DNA of 42,387 bases, taken from the IMG/VR virus record IMGVR_UViG_3300038406_000091, positions 1-42,387 of that record; one strand, written 5' to 3'. Shown here piece after piece: positions 14,625 to 21,927 of this stretch; position 1 is the stretch's first letter; each line of letters opens with the position of its first letter. A program made the translations under genes and the position numbers. The notes beneath the pieces were generated by a model. That model saw nothing but the letters and a program-made list of their open reading frames with translations. It ran no database searches and was not told the origin of the DNA. The stretch comes from a virus.

Positions 14625-14810
14625 ATGACCGACTTCTGCCAAGGCTGCACCTACGACACACCCGACAAGTGCAACCATCCCGATCGGAAGAAGAGCCCCT
14701 TGACGTTTTGGGCCCAACCCATCCGCGAATGCTACACCCCCGAACTCGGGATAGTCGCAAGCTGGATGCAGATGGACCGGACGTTGGCGGCGGAGCGGAG
14801 GAAGGTATGA
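14625..14810 (+). CDS. Hypothetical Cys-containing protein
   Basis: 61 aa. AGGAG RBS. 'FCQGC...KCNHP'. Confidence 0.5.
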   Translation: MTDFCQGCTYDTPDKCNHPDRKKSPLTFWAQPIRECYTPELGIVASWMQMDRTLAAERRKV

Positions 14811-15025
14811 CTAACCCTATTTATTGCGAACGCTGTGGCCGCGAGCTCAACCCGACAAAGGTTGTGCCGCTGGAGCTCGACCAACGAGTCTTGGCATACC
14901 ACGACTTTGGCGGCGTTCCTGAAGACTTCTCGCAGGGGTGGTTTGATTTCGGTCCCGACTGTGCGGCGAAGGAACGCAAAAAGGCCCGCCGCCTACTTGC
15001 CGCCCGAGGCAAGTCCCATGAGTAA
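14807..15025 (+). CDS. Hypothetical Zn-ribbon-like protein
   Basis: Internal ATG with an ATGA overlap. 'MTNPIYCERCGRELN...GPDCAAK'. Confidence 0.45.
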   Translation: MTNPIYCERCGRELNPTKVVPLELDQRVLAYHDFGGVPEDFSQGWFDFGPDCAAKERKKARRLLAARGKSHE

Positions 15026-15278
15026 GCACCTAGAGATAGCGCAGGAGGCGCTGGAGAACGCCCACCTAACTCTTAGCCTGAGCCAGTCGGACTCTAAGAA
15101 GTACGAGGCCCTACAGATCGTCGGTAACGCATATGTCGCCCTCTCCGCCCATGAGGAAGAGGTGCGGGGGCTGGTTCGGGTGCTGCGCTATGCGGTCGAT
15201 AACCCGGAGTTCAATTCCGAGGTGTTCGACGCCATGACCCGCGCCATTCTTGCCAAGTTCCAAGGAGAAAAGGAATGA
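15018..15278 (+). CDS. Hypothetical protein
   Basis: Internal ATG (MSKHLEIAQEAL...) overlapping the previous stop by 8 nt. Confidence 0.45.
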   Translation: MSKHLEIAQEALENAHLTLSLSQSDSKKYEALQIVGNAYVALSAHEEEVRGLVRVLRYAVDNPEFNSEVFDAMTRAILAKFQGEKE

Positions 15279-15484
15279 GCCCGAGCCGCAACGCCATTGA
15301 GGTCGCAAAAGTCCTCTGGCAGGACGCCAGACGAAAGGGAACCCGCGTGGCATGGATAAAGGCGTATCACCAGTTCGGCGGCATAAGGCTCTATCTGTTT
15401 AGGCCGACTAAGCAACAGCGGGCCGACTACGACTACATCTGCGATATGCAGGACGCAGCCCTAGACATGATGGAGGACCAATGA
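15275..15484 (+). CDS. Hypothetical protein
   Basis: 69 aa. ATGA overlap. Confidence 0.5.
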   Translation: MSPSRNAIEVAKVLWQDARRKGTRVAWIKAYHQFGGIRLYLFRPTKQQRADYDYICDMQDAALDMMEDQ

Positions 15485-15723
15485 GCATCGAGCAATGGAT
15501 GAAGGAAAACCCGGAGCTGGTGTACCAGACCCTCGGCGAGCTGTCCGTCTCCAAGCTGGCCCGCCTCATCGAGGACGACATCGCCCTGGGCGCGTACCTC
15601 TTCGAGCAACTGAATGAGACGTACAAGGGCCACATAGCGGCGACGCATCTGCCGAAGGAACCTGACACCGAACGGATGCGGGAAGCGCGGGCGATTAATG
15701 CGGAGGCGCGGCGGGCATGGTAA
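15481..15723 (+). CDS. Hypothetical protein
   Basis: 80 aa. ATGA overlap. Confidence 0.5.
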   Translation: MSIEQWMKENPELVYQTLGELSVSKLARLIEDDIALGAYLFEQLNETYKGHIAATHLPKEPDTERMREARAINAEARRAW

Positions 15724-15836
15724 TCGACGGCGCAGATAAACGCTGGATTCAAACGCCGCTGCCCAGCGAAATGACCTGGAGCCAGCGGGTGATGTTCAAG
15801 GTGTGGCAATTGTGCAGGTTTCGGGAGGTCGCATGA
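15717..15836 (+). CDS. Small ORF (39 aa), speculative
   Basis: Hand translation: MVIDGADKRWIQTPLPSEMTWSQRVMFKVWQLCRFREVA. Fills the gap with overlaps at both ends. Confidence 0.3.
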   Translation: MVIDGADKRWIQTPLPSEMTWSQRVMFKVWQLCRFREVA

Positions 15837-16024
15837 ACAACGACGAATACTTCAACCAGAAAATCGCAGAGTACATGCCTGTGATTGAGGTGGCCGTTGG
15901 CGGCGATCTTGAACGGCTCTTGCGGCTCTTTGCAAAAGATATCGAACGAGACACGCGACACCAGGCGGCCGACATGGCACAGGAGTTGGCCAACAACATC
16001 CACAACATGACTCATCGGGGGTAA
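15833..16024 (+). CDS. Hypothetical protein
   Basis: Internal ATG (MNNDEYFNQK...) with an ATGA overlap. Confidence 0.45.
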   Translation: MNNDEYFNQKIAEYMPVIEVAVGGDLERLLRLFAKDIERDTRHQAADMAQELANNIHNMTHRG

Positions 16025-16027
16025 GCC

Positions 16028-16327
16028 ATGAAATCCATCGTAATGGTCGCTCTACTGCTACTCGCTACGGATGCCGATGCCATCAACACCGTGGCCGTCC
16101 GTCAGCAAATCCTGGGCGAAATGGAAGCGTCCAACCTTCACCGGGCCATGGGCAAGGACACCGGCTGCGATGTGCTGGACCACCCGACCGTCGTCATCGT
16201 CGCCTGTTACGGGGAAGACCGCGCCGGGCAATACAAGCAAATGCTGGCGCTGCTGGAGCGGCTGAAACTGAATCCGGTGGACAAGTACAACGCCTTGCTT
16301 AATTCGGGGCATGTGGAGGTCCGGTAA
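16028..16327 (+). CDS. Secreted hypothetical protein
   Basis: 99 aa. Signal-peptide-like N-terminus MKSIVMVALLLLATDADA. Confidence 0.5.
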   Translation: MKSIVMVALLLLATDADAINTVAVRQQILGEMEASNLHRAMGKDTGCDVLDHPTVVIVACYGEDRAGQYKQMLALLERLKLNPVDKYNALLNSGHVEVR

Positions 16328-16707
16328 TGACACCAGAACAGAAATTGAAGTGGGCCATTTTGGTTGCGACGCGGGAGGACGCGCCCGACGTGACAGCAGA
16401 AAACGTCGATGAACTCTACGACGAGCTAGTCGAAGAGGACATGCACTGGGACGCTAAGAACGAGATACGCAGCGGCGAAGTGGAAACGAAGCTACCGTGC
16501 GAATGGTCCCGCCACTACGAGGCCAAGTCGGTTGCCGCAAAGATGCCGGACGGCTCCTGGGTTGGCTGGACGTACTGGTACGGCGGCGGCAAGCACGGCG
16601 AACCCGAGGCAATCGACTGGATGGAAGACGCCTACGACCTGGATTGCAAGGAAGAGAAAAAGGTCGTTGTCGTGCAAACGTTCAGCAAGCGAGAGCCAGA
16701 CGAATGA
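16327..16707 (+). CDS. Conserved hypothetical phage protein
   Basis: 126 aa. 'SRHYEAKSVAAKMPDGSWVGWTYWYGGGKHGEPEAIDW' resembles a recurrent phage family. Confidence 0.55.
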   Translation: MTPEQKLKWAILVATREDAPDVTAENVDELYDELVEEDMHWDAKNEIRSGEVETKLPCEWSRHYEAKSVAAKMPDGSWVGWTYWYGGGKHGEPEAIDWMEDAYDLDCKEEKKVVVVQTFSKREPDE

Positions 16708-16883
16708 ACGCCCAGACCGAACACATCGCCGAAGTCGAGCAACGCTTCAACCGCGCCCGCCTCCAGCTCTACGCCAAGCGTAACGGAGAGGAAATGTTAA
16801 AGCGCATGGAGTCGGACATGATGAGCCCATCGGATAAGGCGTGGGTGAGAGAGGCGAGGAAGGTGATTTTGGGTGACGCCTGA
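16704..16883 (+). CDS. Hypothetical protein
   Basis: Internal ATG with an ATGA overlap. 59 aa. Confidence 0.45.
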   Translation: MNAQTEHIAEVEQRFNRARLQLYAKRNGEEMLKRMESDMMSPSDKAWVREARKVILGDA

Positions 16884-17041
16884 TGGACGACCTCCAAGCA
16901 TGGGCGCATCAAGAAGAGATTCTTCACCGGCAATGGGAAGAAGAAGTGGGAAAGCTCGAACGCCTATTAGAAAGGCATAAAGAGCATTTTAAGCGTGAAT
17001 ATCAATTGATAGAGGAAAAACGCAATGGCACTCATAGCTAA
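16883..17041 (+). CDS. Small ORF (52 aa), not in the ORF track
   Basis: Hand translation: MDDLQAWAHQEEILHRQWEEEVGKLERLLERHKEHFKREYQLIEEKRNGTHS. TGATG junction upstream. Confidence 0.35.
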   Translation: MDDLQAWAHQEEILHRQWEEEVGKLERLLERHKEHFKREYQLIEEKRNGTHS

Positions 17042-17624
17042 GAAGACCGGGGAAGATTTCCCCATCATTCCGGCAGGCACGCACGCCGCCCGGTGTTCCT
17101 GGGTCATTGACCTGGGTACTCAGAAGACGACGTGGCAGGGACAGGAGAAGCACCAGCACAAGGTTCTGTTCGGGTTTGAACTCCCCGACGAACTCATGGA
17201 GGACGGTCGTCCGTTCTTTATCTCCAACCGCTACACGATGAGCCTGAGCGAAAAGGCGGCGCTTCGTGGGGTGTTGGAGACCTGGCGCGGCGTGAAGTTC
17301 ACGGAAGAAGAGGCGCTGGGATTCGATCTGTTCAAGGTCTTGGGTCAGCCCTGCATGTTGACGGTGATCCACAACGACAAGGGCGGGAAGACTTACGCCA
17401 ATGTCGCCGGAGTCGCCAAGCTCCCCAAGGGCATGACCTGCAAGCCGGCGATCAATCCTCCGGTCTCCTTCTCGCTGGCCGAGTTTGACCAAAAGGTCTT
17501 CGACGCCCTGCCGGAATGGGTGCGTAACACCATTACACAGTCTCGGGAATATCAGGACATGGGCAAGCCGGCGCGGGAGTCTGAGAATCCGGCCGGCGAT
17601 CTTGACGACGATATCCCGTTCTAG
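17025..17624 (+). CDS. DUF669-type phage single-stranded DNA-binding protein
   Basis: 199 aa. The C-terminus ends in DDDIPF, the SSB acidic protein-interaction tip. N-terminal 'FPIIPAGTHAARC' fits DUF669. Confidence 0.65.
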   Translation: MALIAKKTGEDFPIIPAGTHAARCSWVIDLGTQKTTWQGQEKHQHKVLFGFELPDELMEDGRPFFISNRYTMSLSEKAALRGVLETWRGVKFTEEEALGFDLFKVLGQPCMLTVIHNDKGGKTYANVAGVAKLPKGMTCKPAINPPVSFSLAEFDQKVFDALPEWVRNTITQSREYQDMGKPARESENPAGDLDDDIPF

Positions 17625-17635
17625 AGGATTTCCTA

Positions 17636-18133
17636 ATGACTTCTCTTTATGTTCTTGCTGACGAATACCGTTATGCCGCTGAACAGTTGGCAACCATGGA
17701 ACTTGACGAGCAGTCCGTAACGGACACGCTGGAAGGCTTGTCCGGTGCGCTGGAAGTCAAAGCGACTAATGTCGCCATGTTCGCCCGCAACCTGGAAGCC
17801 ACCGCGCAAGCCATCATGGAAGCGGAAACCGCGATGGCGGCGCGACGGAAAGCGATTGAGGCCAGAGCGGCAAGGATTCGGGATTACCTGACAATGAACA
17901 TGGATATCGCCGGGATCACGAAGATTGAATGTCCCTATTTCAGTCTCGCGGTTCGCGAAAACCCGCCACGGGTCGTGATTGAGTCGGAAGGGTTAATCCC
18001 CGCAGAGTTCATGCACCAACCCGAACCACCATCGCCAAAGCCGGACAAAAAGGCGATTGCCGATGCGCTCAAGGATGGGCGCGCGGTTCCTGGCGCACAC
18101 CTGGAACGCGGAAAACGACTGGAGATTAAGTAG
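17636..18133 (+). CDS. Siphovirus Gp157-like protein
   Basis: 165 aa. Coiled-coil N-half plus 'ITKIECPYFSLAVRENPPRVVI' C-half. Typical partner of DUF669/Sak4 modules. Confidence 0.5.
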   Translation: MTSLYVLADEYRYAAEQLATMELDEQSVTDTLEGLSGALEVKATNVAMFARNLEATAQAIMEAETAMAARRKAIEARAARIRDYLTMNMDIAGITKIECPYFSLAVRENPPRVVIESEGLIPAEFMHQPEPPSPKPDKKAIADALKDGRAVPGAHLERGKRLEIK

Positions 18134-18349
18134 TTGAAGTCTTAACCGCCTGCGGGGGCGGTTATGGAGAGACGGCAGCACTTCCCCGCCCCAGGGAGCC
18201 GTCGAACGGGGAAGACCGAAGGCGCCGGCACAGTTACGGTGGAAGCGAGAGGGGTCGGATAGGGGTTCACGACGCCCAGGTTACCTGAAACCGTGATCGA
18301 CAAAACCCACCGGCCAGCGCCGTAGGCACCAGATTACTGAATAGGAGGG

Positions 18350-18628
18350 GTGATGGATTGTACTTGCAGTCAATTGTGCTTTTCGTCGGAACGAGACATG
18401 GCGGCGCTAAAGAACAAGCGCCACCACTCCGCCTGTCCGCTGTACTCGACCGAAAAGCACCCACGCCTCTTTTACTACGAAGAGGCAATAGACGCATGGA
18501 CGCCAGCGCCGGACATGATCGAAAACATCCTGAGTTGCGATCGACTCGACAACGGCGAGGACATGGAGATCAGTTTCAAGCGGGTCGATATGACCGATGA
18601 AGAATATGACGCGATACCGGAGGACTAG
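18350..18628 (+). CDS. Hypothetical protein
   Basis: 92 aa. AGGAGGGG RBS. Confidence 0.5.
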   Translation: MMDCTCSQLCFSSERDMAALKNKRHHSACPLYSTEKHPRLFYYEEAIDAWTPAPDMIENILSCDRLDNGEDMEISFKRVDMTDEEYDAIPED

Positions 18629-18632
18629 GCCC

Positions 18633-18863
18633 ATGCTCACCAAACTCCAAGCCTGTATAGACGCCCTCCTAACCTGGCTAGACGCCCAGCTCCTCAAGCT
18701 GGACCCGAAGGAGCAAGAGCGCCGACACCAGGAATACTTCTGGAAGATCGAGCGCATGACCAAGAGTATCGCACCTCCGGGCCGGTATCGTCGGAGAAAG
18801 CCCGACAAGCTGTGCGAGGACGATGCGTGTGTAGAGCGGATTAGAGAGGCGGAGGGGTCGTAA
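18633..18863 (+). CDS. Hypothetical protein
   Basis: Internal ATG (MLTKLQ...) just after the previous stop. Confidence 0.45.
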   Translation: MLTKLQACIDALLTWLDAQLLKLDPKEQERRHQEYFWKIERMTKSIAPPGRYRRRKPDKLCEDDACVERIREAEGS

Positions 18864-19396
18864 TGGCTGAGCACGAAAACTGTATCGGCGAATCTGACGA
18901 GTGGTACACGCCGCCTGAAATATTCGACGCACTTGGCGAGACGTTCGATCTTGATCCGTGCTCGCCTGGGCCGGGGCACTGGATGCCGGCGCGGCGAATC
19001 ATTACAAAGGAGCAAGACGGGCTGAGCGCTCAGTGGGAAGGATTCGTTTTTATGAACCCGCCCTTTGGTGGACGGAATGGACATATCCCCTGGCTTGAGA
19101 AGTTTTTGCAGCACGGCAACGGGATCGCAATCGTTCGCGCCTACACAAGCAGCCAATGGTTCCATGAGTATGCGGCCGACGCCGACGCGGTTTTGTTCCC
19201 GAAAGGCAAAACCAAGTTTATCCGCCCGGACGGAACAATCGGGAAGGCCCCGGGGCACGGCATTGCGCTACTGGCGGTTGGGGCGCGCGCAACGAAGGCC
19301 CTGCGACGATCCAGCCTCGGCATTTATTTCGATCTTCATGGCGCAAGGTGTGTAGAACGAATCCGGCTCAACGATGGGCCGATGGAGGGACAGTGA
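18863..19396 (+). CDS. Phage-type DNA N6-adenine methyltransferase (Dam, PF05869-like)
   Basis: 177 aa. 'DEWYTPPEIFDAL...FDLDPCS...GLSAQWEGFVFMNPPFG' includes the NPPF catalytic motif. Confidence 0.75.
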   Translation: MAEHENCIGESDEWYTPPEIFDALGETFDLDPCSPGPGHWMPARRIITKEQDGLSAQWEGFVFMNPPFGGRNGHIPWLEKFLQHGNGIAIVRAYTSSQWFHEYAADADAVLFPKGKTKFIRPDGTIGKAPGHGIALLAVGARATKALRRSSLGIYFDLHGARCVERIRLNDGPMEGQ

Positions 19397-19638
19397 ACAT
19401 ATCCGAGATCGAGTGCGAGCTGTGCGATGGAGCTGGCGAGATACAAACTCACGACGGCCAGTACGTCGGCTGCCCAGAGTGCGTTTCGCGTGATCAATTT
19501 ATCCTCATCCAGAAACTTAAGGTTGAGCGCGCGGAGCTAGAGCGGCAGGTGAAGGAGAAAGACGTAGTACCAACTGCTAACGAAAAGCTAACTCCGGCAA
19601 AGTTAGCAGATGCCAACGACGGGGCCGAGGGGGAGTGA
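19393..19638 (+). CDS. Zn-ribbon protein with a DnaJ-like CxxCxGxG motif
   Basis: GTG start (GTGA overlap, GGAGGGA RBS). 'CELCDGAGE...GCPEC'. Confidence 0.45.
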   Translation: MNISEIECELCDGAGEIQTHDGQYVGCPECVSRDQFILIQKLKVERAELERQVKEKDVVPTANEKLTPAKLADANDGAEGE

Positions 19639-19796
19639 TGGCGATTGTCCGAGACATACCGAAGTGTCCGACATGCGGGGCCAATGTGCGGCATCTGTAC
19701 TTTGGGTCGTTTGGTGCCGGCCGAAAGGAAAACGGATGGTACTGCACGAATGGGCACAAAGTAGAGCCGAGACACGACGGGGCCGCACAGAGATGA
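19638..19796 (+). CDS. Zn-ribbon mini-protein (52 aa), not in the ORF track
   Basis: Hand translation: MAIVRDIPKCPTCGANVRHLYFGSFGAGRKENGWYCTNGHKVEPRHDGAAQR. TGATG and ATGA junctions. Confidence 0.4.
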   Translation: MAIVRDIPKCPTCGANVRHLYFGSFGAGRKENGWYCTNGHKVEPRHDGAAQR

Positions 19797-19909
19797 GATA
19801 CGCATTTTATTGGTGTGGTTGCAGAGGGTGCGGCTATGTGGGGCAAGTCAACGAGTTCTTCGGCCGCTGCCCAAAGTGCGGGAGCGAGGATTTTTGGGAA
19901 CAGTTATGA
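19793..19909 (+). CDS. Zn-ribbon mini-protein (38 aa)
   Basis: Hand translation: MRYAFYWCGCRGCGYVGQVNEFFGRCPKCGSEDFWEQL. This is the C-terminal part of track ORF 19610..19909. Confidence 0.4.
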   Translation: MRYAFYWCGCRGCGYVGQVNEFFGRCPKCGSEDFWEQL

Positions 19910-19918
19910 GGGGTAGAT

Positions 19919-20149
19919 ATGGGCATGTTCGATTCTGTATTCGCCAGTTGTCCGAGGTGCGGCGAGGCCGTCGAGTTCCAGAGCAAGGCCGGCGAATGCG
20001 TGTTGGCATCCTATGACACTCAAAGCGTGCCGGTGGAAATAGCCGAGAGCCTTGATGGCCAGGTGGCGTCTTGTAAGTGCGGCGAGACGATAAGAATTGT
20101 CATATCGTTACCGCCCCCACCGAACCGTGTGCAGATGGCGGTGGAGTAA
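19919..20149 (+). CDS. Zn-ribbon protein
   Basis: 76 aa. 'SCPRCGE...SCKCGE'. Confidence 0.5.
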   Translation: MGMFDSVFASCPRCGEAVEFQSKAGECVLASYDTQSVPVEIAESLDGQVASCKCGETIRIVISLPPPPNRVQMAVE

Positions 20150-20152
20150 GGC

Positions 20153-20497
20153 ATGACCCCTCGCGGAATCAGATATAAGGACGCGCCTAAGTACGTTGGC
20201 CGGGATAAGGCCACATTCGACCGCGACTTCCGTCCGTATCTGACTGAAAGGAAAGACGGAAGGAAAGTGATTTTCGACAGACTTGAACTGGACCGCCTGT
20301 TTGAAGAGGATATGAAGCGGCGCGGACGCCCAGGGAGGAACACATGGGACGACCAAAGCTCCCCGAAGGGCTCACATGGCGTGAGAGGCCGGACGGGACG
20401 TACTACGAAGACATCTACTTCAACAAGCAATACCGAGGGAGACGTATTCGCGGCAGCGCGGGAACGGCTGAAGCGAAGGAAGCAGAAAGGCGGCTGA
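20153..20497 (+). CDS. Excisionase-like DNA-binding protein
   Basis: 'IRYKDAPKYVGRDKATFDRDFRPYL...FDRLELDRLF' has an Xis/AlpA-like feel and sits immediately 5' of int. The last ~150 nt overlap int in another frame and are low-complexity. Confidence 0.4.
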   Translation: MTPRGIRYKDAPKYVGRDKATFDRDFRPYLTERKDGRKVIFDRLELDRLFEEDMKRRGRPGRNTWDDQSSPKGSHGVRGRTGRTTKTSTSTSNTEGDVFAAARERLKRRKQKGG

Positions 20498-21417
20498 GGC
20501 AGAAGCTCCAGGAGATCGACAACGCCGAGATTTACGGCCAAAGACCTGATCGGACGTTTGCGGTCGCGGCGGCGAAGTTCCTGGACGACTACCCCGAGGC
20601 CGCACGGTATGAGATCCACCTGGCAAGCCTGATGCCGTATATCGGCAGTCTCTGGCTAAGGCAGGTCAGCAAGCAAAGCCTCAAGCCGTGGATAGAGGCC
20701 CGGTACAAGGAGAAGGTTTCCGCAAGGACGATCAACTGGGGCCTGGAGGCAGTACGCCGGATTCTCCGGTTAGCTGCCTACTACTGGCGCGATGAGTACG
20801 GGCTTTCGTGGATCGACAACGCCCCGATTATCGAGCTGGAGAAGGGGCCGAAGCTGCTGCCCTACCCGCTTTCATGGGAGCAGCAGGACGCGCTCTTTGC
20901 CAGGCTGACCGACCGGATGCGGGATATGTGCCTCTTCGCCGTCAATACCGGCCTGCGGGATCAGGGTGTTGTCCGACTGCGGTGGGACTGGGAGACGGAC
21001 GCGGGGATCGGAGAAACGGTCTTTGTCGTTCCGGGTTCCAGTACTAAGAACGGCAAGACGCATTATGTCGTGCTGAACTCGGAGGCCCGAAGGGTGATTG
21101 AGCGATACCGGGGCAAGGACGATGGCTTTGTGTTCGGGGAGCCCAAGGACACGGCGACCCTGACCAACCGTTCGTGGCAGCTGGCCTGGGCCACCACGAT
21201 AGGCAAGGTACCGGGCTACCTGAAAGGAGTCCACAACCTGCGGCACACGTTCGGCAAGAGACTGCGGGACGCCGGAGTAGACGAACGGGACGTTCAAGAC
21301 CTGCTCCACCACATGCCCAAGACCGTGACCCGGCATTACTCACAGCCGGAGTTGAGGAAGCTGCGGGAGTGTGTGGAGCGGATAGTGCGTAAACCTTTGT
21401 TGAGGGCGGTGGGATGA
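20344..21417 (+). CDS. int: Tyrosine recombinase (phage integrase)
   Basis: 357 aa. 'NTGLRDQGVVRLRW', 'HNLRHTFGKRLRDAGV', 'LLHH...VTRHYS' supply the R..HxxR..Y catalytic signature. Confidence 0.9.
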   Translation: MGRPKLPEGLTWRERPDGTYYEDIYFNKQYRGRRIRGSAGTAEAKEAERRLRQKLQEIDNAEIYGQRPDRTFAVAAAKFLDDYPEAARYEIHLASLMPYIGSLWLRQVSKQSLKPWIEARYKEKVSARTINWGLEAVRRILRLAAYYWRDEYGLSWIDNAPIIELEKGPKLLPYPLSWEQQDALFARLTDRMRDMCLFAVNTGLRDQGVVRLRWDWETDAGIGETVFVVPGSSTKNGKTHYVVLNSEARRVIERYRGKDDGFVFGEPKDTATLTNRSWQLAWATTIGKVPGYLKGVHNLRHTFGKRLRDAGVDERDVQDLLHHMPKTVTRHYSQPELRKLRECVERIVRKPLLRAVG

Positions 21418-21734
21418 TCAATTTTCCGACACAAGCCGAACTGCTGCGGATGCGATATGGCAGAGACGTGGAGATTGTGGATAGCCCCAAGGAAAAGAAG
21501 GTCCGATGCCCGGACGGGCATGAGCAGTCGTTCCCGTATTATGTCGCCTCATGGCGGGACGGAGACACGACAAAGCATGTGCTGATAGAACCAAAGCCCA
21601 AATTGGTCCACCGCAACTATGGTTGGCCGTTTACGACCCACCGCTACGAAGAGGATGCGGAGGCCATGAGAGCGGAACTCGCTGGGTACATCAACGACAC
21701 AAAAGCTCCACAAGACAAAAAAGAAGGCCGGTAG
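21414..21734 (+). CDS. Hypothetical protein
   Basis: 106 aa. ATGA overlap with int. Its stop lies in the loop of hairpin GGCCGG-TAGTTAA-CCGGCC (21726..21744). Confidence 0.5.
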   Translation: MINFPTQAELLRMRYGRDVEIVDSPKEKKVRCPDGHEQSFPYYVASWRDGDTTKHVLIEPKPKLVHRNYGWPFTTHRYEEDAEAMRAELAGYINDTKAPQDKKEGR

Positions 21735-21761
21735 TTAACCGGCCCAAGTGCTTGTTTTATA

Positions 21762-21828
21762 TGGCGCGCCCGGAGAGATTCGAACTCCCGACCGCCTGGT
21801 TCGTAGCCATGCGGACGGATTAGGGCGC
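21762..21828 (-). other. attP candidate: tRNA-Arg(ACG)-like sequence lacking a D-arm
   Basis: Minus strand: GCGCCCT-AATCCGTCCG-CATGG-CTACGAA-CCAGG-CGGTC-GGGAG-TTCGAAT-CTCTC-CGGGCGC-G-CCA. The anticodon loop, variable region, T-arm, 3' acceptor and CCA are canonical. Only 10 nt stand where the ~17-nt D-arm should be. Lies between convergent operons, one ORF (21414..21734) downstream of int. Confidence 0.55.
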
Positions 21829-21927
21829 ATTGTAAATCAACAACTTATGGGACGCTCCGCGCCGGATTTGTTCCACAAGGTACTATTAGAGCCTATGAGA
21901 ATGACCCAAATCTGCCCCACCGAATAG

